Below are positions 12,141 to 25,500 of a DNA stretch of 64,000 nucleotides, one piece after another. The stretch comes from Azolla caroliniana (Eukaryota > Plantae > Polypodiophyta), in contig JBHGNT010000004.1 in NCBI GenBank assembly GCA_043228905.1, positions 620,001-684,000 of the forward strand. The letters are read 5' to 3'. Under the pieces are notes generated by a model, which saw nothing but the letters and a program-made list of their open reading frames with translations, was not told where the DNA came from and did not search any database. Each line of letters begins with the position of its first letter. Positions within the stretch are counted from its first letter, which is position 1. A program made the position numbers and the translations under genes.

Positions 12141-15100
12141 GATGCAAACGAGAATGCACGCCTATACAAAATGCCACATGTACACCAAATCAATTGATAA
12201 ACTTATCACTTGCTCGCAAGTGATACTAAAGTTCACAAATTTTGCCATTAACTTAATGTAGGTATCTATATTGAACACATGGTACTAGTTGGAAATTGGA
12301 ATCTTGAATCTACATTTGCTAAAGCAACACTTCGTAAAAACCTTAACTTTAAAAAAAGGCTAAAAAGATAAGAAACAAAACACGTTCACCCTATACCTAG
12401 TTGTAGTTATTTTCCTCTCCTTTTCTGCACCCACTTACTCGTTTCCATTTGTGCCTTTTCTTATTTTGGTATTGTTGAAACATATTAATTTCTATCTTTT
12501 TCAAGCTATGTGATATAATCTCGGCAAACCATTGCCATTGAATGACAAAGCTTCAATACTACATGTTATTTTTTCGAGCTATTCATTTCAACATGTGCAT
12601 GCTTGTAAATTGTGGTACACACTGGAAAGCATCCAGAGTCTACATTGGTTTCAAGAATCATGTCAAACGAAGTCTGTCAATTATCTCAAAGTCACAAAAG
12701 TTGTTTTCTAATGGCTTGGCACATTGTTACAAAACCAAGCAATGCTCATCATGTAGCGCCCATGTTTAATTTGTTTTAAAACTCCTAAGTTTGTAACTTG
12801 CCATTATTGAGATGAGTTGTTCAAACATATATATGACGATTTTATATCCTAGATAGCCTATCGCTTAATGAGGCATCCACCCAATCACGTGATATGTGGG
12901 GGATAATGCATATATATATAGGTGCACTTATCCATATCGGTCTGAAAATCACATGACGTGTGGGGGATAGTGCACATTTATAGAGACACGTAATCCTTTT
13001 GATAAGTTAAATTCATGTTTACAATTAAAAGTGAGAGAACCATCTTGCCTATTTTATTATAATAAGTGGTAAAGTAGACACTTAAAATTTCTATCTCTCC
13101 ACTTCCTAGAAAATTAGTAAAGCATTACCAAGATTTTAGAATCTTATAGAGCATAATGATTGACCAAATTTAATATGCATCTGCATTCATACGATCATCA
13201 TATAAATTGTACCTATGCGTCTTCTATTTTGTCCAAACTTTTTTGGGGGAGTTCTTCTAATATTGTTGTGATAGCTTCTTCAAATGGGATTCACACATCT
13301 TGTATTGTATTGCTTTCTCATGATATCAACAATTTATGGAATTAATGCAAGAATGCTTCAACCATTAGTTGATTGTAAGTTATGAAATTCATATGTTTTA
13401 ACTCGGTGTATTTGCATCAATTTGTATAGCTTGTTCATCAATTTGCTCATGTTTATCTTTAAATGTCATGTCACTATACTTTGGATTGCAGCAACAATAT
13501 CAAGCACATTTTCAGAGCTCAAGGATGAGAAGAGTCATGAAGTAAATGTATGTTAATACAAGTCTTCATTTGACAAAGATACTCATGTTAAAATCTAAAC
13601 GGGTGACTTTTTTTACTTAATTAATTCCAATTTATTTGTAGATGGCAATGGAAGCATTCCATAGTATCTATCAGGGAAGGAATCAAAAAGTATTTCTTGA
13701 TTATACTCCGGATGGACCTAATACCCACCATGACCCTATACATAAGGGTGGGAAAAAATTGCCTCTATCTTCAAGTATAGTAACCCCTCTCTCACCTCAA
13801 GACTCACCTTAACAACCATCAAAATAATTGAATTATGGATAGGAATACATGTTCAATTCCAATGTTTTTTTCATGTGTTTCCTCTATGCCGAATCAAGTT
13901 TGAGCAACAATGTATATGGAAGACAACTTGGAAAGATGTTTTAAGACCCTTCTATCTTATATCACAAAAAGAAATTACATATTCTTGTGGTAATCATCTA
14001 AATGTGTATGACCCAAATTCAAATATGGTTGTAACATGCATGATCTAATCGATAACTTCTGTTACTTAAAGTCTAGACGTGAACAAAGAAAAGGTAGAGA
14101 TGAATTTATGTGAATGTTCTCATTTAGGAAGTGTAACAAAATCAAAGTTAAATAAAAAAACCATTGATGAGCGATCCGAAGGATAATGTATTAAAAGTGT
14201 TGAAGTTTTGGGCCTAAATTACACCATTGCTAGACATTATTCTTAGATTATTATGTAAGGATATTATGTATTGCTCATTTATAAGAAATATAGAAAAGTT
14301 CATGGACACATGGAGCTCAATATCCTTAATATTTAATAGAAGTAGAGCAAATAGACTTTATATTTTCCACTACCCAAATGGAACACAATTGAGATAATGT
14401 GCTTCAAGGTGTGAGAACATCAAAATTTTGTTACTTGTGCCTTTCAATAGTGGCATCTTCTTTTTCTATCATCTATTAGGCCTATACATGGAGGGTATAA
14501 CCCTCACAATCATAAGCAAGTATACATTATACTTCATACATATTGGCAAGCATATGAACCTACACGCATGTGTGTGATATGTAATATCAACTAACGATAA
14601 AAGGCCATGACTAAAATACTAGTTATGTTTTTTGTAAAAAAATGAAAAATAAAAATAAAAATACTAGTTATGCTTGTGTAGATCCATGCTCCATGAAGTA
14701 TAGTTCTAAAGTTCTAAGTCACTCTTGGAGTAGACTAGGAAAGCTATTCCTACTAAAGACTCATAGGTATGCATATGAGAGCTTAACACAATTTCATTAC
14801 CAACATGGTATGTTGTAGACTTCTCTTCAAAGATTTCCTCCATGTTGTACAAAAACTCTTATAAAATAAATTTACTTTGAGAAATATAATTTTAATCATC
14901 TTTAAAATTGAAAACCCTCACAAATAAGAAAGATTTTGAAGAAAATTTGCCTTATTCCCGCATTTTATTTGTTTTCTACACTTATCACAACTACCAAAAG
15001 TCATAATTAACATGATGACTTAACCTATATAGCGTAATAAAAACATGTGCGAACACAAGAAGTCATATGTATACTAACCACCTTTATATGATAGATTATG

Positions 15101-15168
15101 GGATAGCCACACCCATAAATCTTAAACGCTTAAGGGTTGAGCTTTAGATTAACAAAGAGGTTGACGAC

Positions 15169-16859
15169 TTTTTTTTTTTTTCCAAAAAAACACTACTACG
15201 CATTAGTTAGCAAACAAAATTACATCATAGAACACCCAAAGTTCCTCTCACCAGCCCTCACTCTAGCCTTCCCACCAAAGTGGACATAGTCCCCACCTCA
15301 TTTTCAACAAACGTATCCAAACAACTCCAATAACCTAATAATTTGTACCATATCTATACAGATTTACAACACCTAGACGTTGTTGGAAACCGGAAACAGC
15401 CATCGGGGTGCTTGGTAGTTCCATTGAGGCCCTGATGATGATCTGCCCACCATAGGAGATTTACCCCATTTCAGCAAGAACTTTGATCGAGATCTTTCAG
15501 CTGCATCAGATTCCCCCTTAATTGAGTCGTATCGTCCCCGCAGCCAAGATACCAACTCAAACCAGATATTTAATAATACCTCACCGCTAGGGATCTTTTG
15601 TTGTTGAAAAACAAATTTACAACGGTTGGTCCAAATGTGCCAGACCGATAAACAAGACACCATCATCCATATCTCTTCAAAAAATTCTGAGTTAGTGCCA
15701 TGTCGAACTCCAGCCCGTTGAAACACCTTGTCATCCTGCACTATAAAACCATGTCCGTGGGGGTTTAACTGTTCAACCCAACCTTCCCCTGTTAACTTCA
15801 GCCCTTGTACGGACCCCCATACAACTCTCCCATTCACTCCGCATGTTGCCACTATCCTGAGACTTCTACCCCAAATGTTAATAGCCTCGCTGCAATTCCA
15901 AAAACAATGAGGAATTGATTCCAAAGGGTGTCCACAACTTTTGCATCCAGCCTCACCACCACGACACCTAAGCCACTCCCCCACCGGCACCGCTTTGTGA
16001 CTAAGAAGCCACAACCAAAGCTTTATTTTTTCTGGCATATCGAGCGCCCATAGCCTCCTCCAAAACGACTTCAACCAGTCATCAGAAATGCCTTTATCCT
16101 TCCAACTATTGCGAGTTAGGCCAGCACCCATCAATTTAGAGCCAATGATTTGCCTTCCTAGCTTGGTAGTGTACTTGAAAAACCGTTCAAGTTTGTCCGT
16201 TCCCGGTTTCTGCCACCACACCTCTAGTGGATCCCAATCCAGATCACATATGGGCTTGTTGTCAACTATCCAGAGTTTACGATCAGATTCCAGCTTCCCT
16301 AGGTTCGGGTTTACTTGCCACTTCTTACCTTCCAACATTGTCACTCGCACTGCCAACCACTGGCCATTGTCTGCCAAAGCACTTAGGTTGCCCCACAAAC
16401 AATACTCATTAGATGGGCACCTGCCTCGGATAATTTGTGCATCGCCCTCACCTACAAACCACCCAAACCAAACCCCCTCTTCTTCATTCAGCCTAGCTAG
16501 ACCATCAACAGCCTTATCTATCAAGTGGGTAACCTTTTCCAGCCTGCCGGTAAATCTAGGACTTCCAACTAGACCCTCCCTTCTTCTCCTTTTGAACTCC
16601 TCCCAATCTCTTACTGAACTAACATTGTACCCTACCATTTTTCCCCATGGCAAGTATTTTTTCTGACCAAGCATCATACCATCATCACTTCGAATCCTGG
16701 GGTTCCAAAACAGAGGTTGACGGAGTTGTTCCTCCATTGTTTTTGGCTGCATTAAGACCAGCCCCTCTCTTAAACTTGACCAGGCCCTCATTATGGTGCG
16801 GGCCACCCTATCCTCCATGCTAGTAGGTTCTTTTAACGTTAGGCCTGGACTGAACAACC
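15169..16859 (-). mobile_element. 5'-truncated LINE (L1-like): 494-codon ORF2 C-terminal fragment with zf-RVT, 3' UTR and poly(A)
   Basis: Open frame 16857-15373 with QPLFWNPRI, FWRRLWALDMPEKIKLWLW, CKSC..ESIPHCFWNC and WHIWTNRCKFVF; poly(T) at 15169-15181 on the + strand. Confidence 0.88.
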
Positions 16860-16869
16860 CTTAAATTTT

Positions 16870-18945
16870 GATACCATCTAGATTTAGAATTTAGATCAAA
16901 GGGAGTCCCAATCAATGATGGTTACATCTGTTATGATGAGGGCCCTTGATTGTATGGGCCCTAAGGATGGACGGATTTGGGTAATTGAAGAATATGAATT
17001 TGTGGCTTGGATATTAGGATAAAGGATTTTGATTTGTGATCAATGAAGAGTGCCCCAATGTTCATTATAAACTTCATACGGGACTCCATGTGTGTGGAGA
17101 GAGGGAGGGGAGGGGGGACACTAGTCAATTGAAATTGAGGTTTGGGGACATTCTCTGACAATCACTTGGGAATAACTTACACAAGTGGCATTGATGTGAG
17201 AGGCTATGGGGTTTATATGAATGCACAAGAATGGGTGGATGGTGAATTGGTTGTGGAAGTCCAAGTTCATTGTAGTAATGTAGCCATTAGGGAGTTTTGA
17301 TATTAGGTAGTCTACGAGAGGGTCCTGAACTTTGTGATACTAACCTCAAGAAGAGGGTGGGTTGTCTTGAGACCACTAGTGGACTTAAGTCACATAAAAT
17401 TTGGGGGTATTGTGGGATGTTGACATCATGTTCAACTCTACTTTTTAGATATTACATGTTAATAAGTTATAACCTAGATTGTGGCGTTGGAAAATTTCAG
17501 GATTGTGGTAGCGGTGATCATGTTTAGAGGAATGGGAATCTATTGATGATCAAGGTGATTTTCGGCCATGCACGTTGCTTGATATTTTCTAACACTTCTT
17601 TGAAGGACATGAATCATTTTGATCTAGTTAACTAATTGTTGGTAGAACATGGCCATGTAGGATACCTTCTTGTTGATCATGCTAGCTCAACAATTGTTTA
17701 TATATGGGGGGAGTTCATGGAGCACGAGTGTTTTGAGGGGGTGGTGAATAGAAGGGTCATTTTGAGAATGGTATTGACAAGTTGTGGCCCTTCACATTTG
17801 AATGCAATGAAGTGGGTATCATGAGTGTCGGTGAGTGTGGGAGAGTGATAGATGAAGTTGTGTTGTGGTGAACATATGTGAGAGGGGGTAATAGAGATGA
17901 AATGGTGGGGGTTGGACGAGAGAGTGGCAATATGAGCAAGTGTGTTGGTATGTTGGGGATGGTTAGGTGAATGGACTATGGGGTTGAAGGTGGATATCAC
18001 TCCACAACATGTAGTGACAATGCAAGGGATGTTGTTGCCATTGTAGATGGCAATCTTTAGGGCATCCACAATTATATGGAATGTGGGTACCTAAGTGACT
18101 ACACTAGGCGCATATTGGAGTGGATGTATGCTAGCTAATGAGGCAAATCAAATCCTTGAGAAGACACAGGGCATCCACAATGATATGGAGTGTGGGGACC
18201 TAAGTGGCTACACTAGGGCGCATATTAGAGTGGATGTATGCTAGCCAATGAGGCAAATCAAATCCTTGAGAAGACATATGTTTAGGGGGCTAGATCATTT
18301 ATGAGCATGATTTGTTTTTGTTTTCTTTTTGTGTGGGTGTATGTGTGGGTGGGGGAGGGAGGGAGGGAGGGAGGGAGGGAGGGAGTACTGAGGTAGTGAC
18401 GCAGTAACGCAATGAGATTGTTGACAACATCGTAGTCAACAATGTCTACATCAATTGTGGTTTTTCGATCCAATATCACCATTTAGATGATCAGGTGTGG
18501 TGTTACTAGTTGAGTCTCCACTTACTAAGTGAGCATAGGCTTCGTTTAATGTCATCTCTCACATATTAGCCATGTGATATAATAGAGATCGGTGGTCATT
18601 TTGTGTCAACATTGTTGCTGAGTTGAACGCTTCCTTTCTGAGAACATATTGTGGGAGAGTTGATGGCCATGTGGATGAGGGTAATCCGTTCTAAAAACAG
18701 GTTGAGCCTAGATATATAATATGGAGGACCAACTCATAGTTTGAGAGTGGCACAATCTTGATGAACTAAGTCCTCACATTAAGAGAAGATACATCCTTAT
18801 TGAATTTGTTGTTGTAGCTTGTTGGTAGGGACCAATGTGTGACGTTTACCTACAACTTGGTGGTACCAAACATAAAGGGGTCTTGTTTCCCCCCACCATT
18901 ACTAGGAAGGGAACTTTATATTCCCAAAGTGCCCTCCCTTTACAA
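16870..18945 (-). pseudogene. Heavily decayed Pif1-like helicase followed by a possible APE endonuclease (Helitron/Helentron-like remnant)
   Basis: Colinear, frameshifted fragments on the - strand: HFGNIK..FLVMVG..DP..VPP.VGK (motif III-like), TPDHL..IGSK..IDVDIVDYDVVN, IAFKCEGPQLVNTIL (motif V-like), LLS*..EGI (motif VI-like), then VITY*..LKSRVEHD and IKGP..TDVTIID. Confidence 0.4.
18059..18276. repeat. Direct tandem duplication, ~109-bp unit x2
   Basis: agggcatccacaat...caaatccttgagaagaca is present twice. Confidence 0.85.
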
Positions 18946-20343
18946 TAAATAAAAACATATACATTGCCCATAAACTATAGTTCTTGGCCACCGCCTCTCT
19001 TGAATTAAAAACATATACATATTGCACCTACACACAAGTGTGCTCTCAAGAGCACATATCAACAAATGTACATACACACACTAGCACATATCTACACACA
19101 AATATACCAATAAATGGAAAGACACACTCGTACACTTACACAACTGCAACAAAATACCTAACATAATTCCACATACATACATACACATTCATATGAATGT
19201 TCATGGGATCTCATACCAACAAAAGCACAACAATAGGATATTTTCCATATTTACATGTGCACAAGCAATTCCATACAAACACATAAGCCGCACATTTGCA
19301 CATGCATTTGCGCTCGAAGATAACCACAAGTGCACTCATACACATACAAAATCACATTCCCATTTATCATGTCAAATGCACAACCATTTGTATTCAAACA
19401 AACACATTGCACCAGTTCAATTTCATGTAAAATTATGTCAACTCGCATACCACTTTCAAACACAATTGTTGAGTAGAAACATATTGCCCACACACATAAT
19501 GCATATAAACAAGGGCACCTGCTAAATTAGGATAAGAAGCTCAACTTGAAGAAGATTAAAGATGCGGTACCTCAATTCTTAACTCCCTAACCCTTCATCA
19601 TCAATCCATCTTCCATGGTTCCTCTCAACATTTCACACATGTGTATTTTCACGATAACTTAATATACACAATCCAGAGTTGTTTGACAACATAAATCAAC
19701 CACCACGAGAAGACTTGGAGACAATATAATGTTCATTATTCCATTCATAGGAATGTTGTTCAAAGTACAAGGGTTCACTATGAGCACACTTATGAAATGT
19801 TGCGGCTCCTCAATGAACTACTATCTACAACCTCACAAGTTGTTTGAATGTAGTCATTATTGCGGTGTGCTAAGGCTAATAATCTCATATTCATTGGTTT
19901 AACAACCCTATGAGTTGGTGCAATACTTCCAATCTAGAATATTGATGATTGGCCATGTATACAAGAAACATGGTCATATTGTAATTTGTGGAACTGACTT
20001 TTATTAGGTCATGATGATGGATAATGTCCAATGCGTATGAAATGTGAACGAAACCCTTTTAGGATTTCAAACTTTTATAAAAGGGGAACAACTCTCATGT
20101 AAAAATGACCTTTGGGTGCTCCAACTTTAGGGTTACCTTTGGTTCTCATTCTTTCCCCTTTTCATCCACTAAGAGCTACGTCCCTCGTAGCTTTTTCACA
20201 CAAATGAATCGAGACATAAAATTTGCGTTGTACAAAATAGTGATCTATTTAGTTAAGACAATTCTTATGTTTGTTATCGCCTTATTCTCTATAATTTTAT
20301 TAAGACAAACATATATTCTTTATAAATATAGCGATTAGGTGTG

Positions 20344-20800
20344 TGTTAATGTTAGTGTTGAGCGAGCAAGCTCAACCGGATCTGGATTGGCTAGATAAGG
20401 CAGAGCTGGATCGGTTGGATAAGGCAGAGCCGGATTGGTGTCCAGATGGTATCCGGAACCAGGAGCTAGACCCACGTGTGTATCGGTAGGCCTTTTAGAG
20501 GTCTATGCGTTTAGACTATTAGGTAGTCATGGTCCTCGTAGTTAGTGTCAGCCGCTCGTATGAGCATTGAAGTACATAGTACTTCTGTCAGTCTCTTGTG
20601 GACTTGTATAAAGAGTGCTCACTGAGCACATCCCATGTATAGAGCGTTATTATTTTGTAATAGAGTTTACTGTTCTGCTCTCTCTGTCTCTCCCACTCTC
20701 TATCTCTATGTTTCGTAAGGTTTCCATTAAAACCTCTATCTATTTTTATGTTGTTATCCAGATAACCAGTTTGTCAAAGCTTCCGCATTTAACTTTGACA
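20344..20800 (+). mobile_element. Solo LTR (~457 bp, Copia-like)
   Basis: TGTTAATG...CTTTGACA inverted termini; internal short tandem (gataaggcagagc x2), TATA-like tataaag, CT-rich tract and CTTCCGC near the 3' end; ATTAG at 20334-20338 and 20801-20805. Confidence 0.6.
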
Positions 20801-22562
20801 ATTAGTTTAACTTAAGAAGTCCTTAAAGATTCCATGGTCCATTGCATTGATGTGTTGAAGTATGACATTACCTTTGCCACTAGGGAGTGGCACCCCAAAT
20901 CCCTCGATTAGCCCATAGTGAGAAACGCAACCCTCATGACTTAATAATGACCCTTGGAAGTCCAACATTCCAAGGTATGAGTCGTGTTGGGTCATTCGCA
21001 AAGACTTGATATAGAATGGTAATAACTAGAATCTCTAATATTTGTGATGTACTTGCATGAAGTTTGGCTACTTCTAGCATTTGATGTTCTTATCCTTAAT
21101 TAGGAGGTTGTTAGTCATGAAGGAACTTTGTGCAAGGTTCTTGACACTAGATTGAATCCACATTGTACTCAATAGACAACCTCTCTTTTTATTGTAGCTT
21201 CCATTAGTGTTGCACAATTTTTAGTGTGGGAGGATCGACCTTGGGGTCACATATTATTACATACTTTTGGACCCTTTTTGTGTTTTATATAAAATCACTA
21301 AGCAAATACAATTGCCAATAAGATTTGTATGGAGGTAGAGATAGATTGACTTGGAACTTCGCACATGAGTATTGGGTCACATATCACATAAACTTTGTGC
21401 ATAACAAATGCCATTCAATTCATCTTTCATTTCCTTTGAAATCCTCCAAGAATCTTGGTGTTATGTACGGACTTAATGTTGCATGTTTGTATTTGATGTG
21501 AACATATCACCCCTTTCAAGTACAAGAAGAACTTGACAAAAGTCCTCTATTGAAAGTTTAAAATTGATTGGGGGTTTATTGTCAAAGTATTTCATATTGA
21601 CATGTCTTGTTTTGTCGTGCCCCTTGAAGAAGTATCAAACGACTTCTAGGAGAACTCCCCAGGGTCTAATCATAATGTCCTGGCAAAATGTGAGCCCTAA
21701 AGTTGATAACGTATTGGAAAATGTGTGGCTTGCGGGACTTCGTTTGCACACCTTGGGTTTTGTTTTAACAATCTTGTTTGAGAGGGCCCCTCACCCTTCA
21801 ACTAGGAAGAAAGAATGTAGGGGTTTTGATGTTGAGAACTCAATGTTGACTACTCGTTGGTGGGTTGCTTTTTATAGGTCTTCTCAAGAGTGCCAACAAT
21901 TATTAAATCATGAGAGTGCTGTGAATGAGTTATTCCAATAATTTGTCACTAGAGTCGCCAATTTATTGTTAATCCATGTTGAGAAGTCGTCAATAGCAGA
22001 GGTTGTGAATCAACGCCTCCTACACAAAACAAAAAACAACATAGAATAATGCAAGCATGGGGCAATGCATCAAGCATGTGTGAAAGGGAGTAAGAAGCGA
22101 AAACAAAAAGGGGTTGACATAACCAAAAGGGAGGAGGCCGGTGTGAGATCGTCACAATGGAGAAGAAGAATATCGAATACTTATGTCTCTTAAGAGAATA
22201 AGCTAACATAGACTCTTTGCATGTATTTATCTATATCCATTTGGGGCATATTTTCATTCACGAGGTAGGTCTTCCTTCATGAAGGGTTAGGGGACTAGTC
22301 TTTACCGTCATCGATCGACATGCTTGATTAGGTTCATTGCGATAGGGCCAAAGCCTGTGTATGTGTATGTGTATGTATATGTGTATTGTTTGTAGGGGTA
22401 GTTTTGGAAATAAAAAAACCTTATTGGAGGTTCCACGATACTCTATAAAATAAGAAGGGTATCGTTGGTAATTTCCAGAAACCGCAAACACTCTGTGCCT
22501 GCCCCTGCCCTTGCCAGAGAAACAGAGAGCGAGAAACAGAAGCATCCATAGCCACAGCCGCC

Positions 22563-25500
22563 ATGGCAGCTTCAAGTTTGTTGACGCAGATTTCTTCGTC
22601 TTCTTCTTCTTCGTCCTCTTCTTTTCCGGCCGCATTTCCATCTTGGAATAAGAGTCATGCTCCACGATCCCTGTCATTTGTAAACCCCAGAATCCCTAAC
22701 CTACAAGGGAGGAGAGGGGTGATCAGGATGGGTCTGAGCGAGCAAGGACCCTGTATAGCAGTGGTGGGCGTGACGGGAGCTGTTGGCCAAGAGTTCCTCA
22801 GTGTGTTGTCGGAGAGAGATTTCCCATATCGATGCATTAAACTCCTCGCTAGTAAACGGTCGGCCGGGAAACGCATCACTTTTGAGGTATCATTTTGTGG
22901 AGGTGATTTCGTTTTGTGTGTGTGTGTGCGCGCGTGCGTGGGGACAAAAAAATTGTGTGCTTTTAGTAGGAATTCTGATGCATATTAACAGATATTCTCA
23001 ATATAAAAGTGGCTTATAGTTGTAGATATTTTAGACATGAAGTGATGTATTGTATCTGTGAATTATAGTCATAAAGAGATGTTTACTCTCAATGCGAAGT
23101 ACAGTATATCCATAAAGAGAGTGGTAGTATCTAGACAAAAGTGCATCATTTCTGGGAGAATTATATTCATAAAGAAATTGATACTATTCAAGAAAAGTGC
23201 ATTATGCCTGCAGATTACATGTATAAACGTTGTCCCAAGTGAAGAAGAATTTCCTCAGTGTTTATAGATAGTTCCAAAAATTTGGCTCCACACCTAACAT
23301 TTGGAGGGGAGACACTCCCCTCTGAATGATATTGGTAGAAAAGACATTGAGCTGAATGTAAGGTGTCTGGTATGCCTTTTGTTCATAATATGAATACAAA
23401 AGCTGAATCCTTTTGTTTAAATGTTTTTTATTGAACTGTTCTTTACAAGGGCCGAGAGCTCGAAGTAGAAGAACTCACCGCTGATAGCTTTGAAAGGGTT
23501 GACATTGCATTGTTTAGTGCTGGAGGGTCCATCAGGTATGGGATCGCACTATCACTCTTTTTACACATTATATTTGCAATGATTTCATTCGTAGTTCATT
23601 AAGTTATTAGCCCTTCAAATCTCCTTAAAAAATGATAGAATCCATTATTTAGTGCTGTTGGCTCAATCAAATAGGGGATTACGCTTATCGCTCATTTATA
23701 CTTTAAATATGTGACGATGGCAAACATACTTTTAAAACTATTCATAGACTACGTTTCATCAAATTGGACATTTATTTTTTATGAACTTGGTTTAAAATGT
23801 TGATTCAAGAAACACAATAACAAATCATGACTGAATGTTTGGGCGTATTTTGCCAGCGCCTTAAACAATTGTGACTTGAGCCTACAGAGCTATCAGATTA
23901 GAAATCTGATTGCTGCTATTTAAGGGAGTTGCTCTATATGTAATGATGTTTCTATTTTATGTTAGCTACAGTATGCAAGACACATAAGCATAACCCAATC
24001 TTTTGCACCATTACCTTAAAGAAATAGCAAAATAGTAGGTAACACCAAAATCAACAAAAAAGAGGTCCCTTTTCAATGTATCATTGCCATATGCCTTAAT
24101 CTCACATCAATATTTGCAATTCCAAGAAGCAAATTGGTTATGTGCATCTTTCGTGTTGTTTAGGTTCCTTGGTTTTAGTCCTGGAATCGAAAACAAAATT
24201 GCAGCTTTTTGAGTACCCTTCGTTGTGCTAAGTGAAATTTGTTTTTTTTATGTAAGTTACTCAAGTAAGGTCAGTTTTTCATTTCTCGATCTTAGTTACA
24301 GTAAAGTGAAACAATACTATTAGATGCCTATATATTTATGAATCCATGTGCTATAAGACAGCGATTATCCTTACAATTTCCATATTTTTACTCAGGTAAG
24401 GTCAGTTTTTCATTTTTTTATCTTAGTTACAGTAAAGTGAAACAGTAATATTAGGTGCCTCTATTTTTATGAATCCATGTGCTATAAGACAGTGATTATC
24501 CTTACAATTTCCATATTTTTACTCAGGTAAAGTCGTTTTTTCATTTCTTGATCTTAGTTACAGCAAAGTGAAACAGTAATATTAGGTGCCTCTGTTTTTA
24601 TGAATCTATGTGCTATAAGACAGTGATTGTCCTTACAATTTCCATATTTTCAGCAAACAATTTGGTCCCATTGCTGTAGAACAGGGCTGTGTTGTCGTGG
24701 ATAACAGCTCTGCATTTCGTATGGATGAAGGGGTTCCTCTTGTGATTCCTGAGGTAATGTTTGTTACTGCAAGTTCTTCCTTTGCCTCACTTTTAAAAGA
24801 GTATTTGCTACTATTTTTTTCCCTCACCATTTGTTGCTGATTCTGAGTATATCCTCAATTCCCAATGTTAGGTGAATCTAGATGCAATGTCCCATATCAA
24901 GCTTAGTAACAAGAAAGGAGGACTCATTGCTAATCCAAATTGCTCAACAATTATATGTTTAGTGGCTGCCACTCCTTTGCATCGCCATGCAAAAGTAAGG
25001 GATATTATTGCATCATCATCATCATTACACGTTGATTGGATGTAGAAACTCTATTTCTCTTTTTGTAGGTGAAGAGAATGGTTGTAAGTACATATCAGGC
25101 GGCTAGTGGAGCAGGGGCAGCAGCCATGGCTGAGCTAGAACAACAAACACGCGAGGTTGATTTACACTCAACTGTTAATGTGCATATTTTTAGTTCGGAA
25201 GGTTGTTTTCTTATTCAACGTTCTTAGACAAAAATGCTAAAATACCCCTAAATTTTAAAAAATGATCAGGAAACTCCTATGTAGTACAAATAATTGAACT
25301 ATGAGAGAGGAGTGCGTCAGTCATTTTCTGAAACTTATGGGTAAACACCCAAACAGTTAAGATTATATTGGTGTTTTGTCCCTCCTTTAATGGGTGCATA
25401 CATGCCTTCAATTTCATGAAATATCAGCTTCTCTGAATTGATGTCATTCATATTTTGCTGTCATTTTCCTCAGGTTTTGGATGGAAAGCCCCCCACATGT

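Noticed and set aside
19530-21950. Possible decayed transposase-like coding sequence around the solo LTR
   Set aside because: The composition looks coding-derived, but no diagnostic motif was recognisable by eye.
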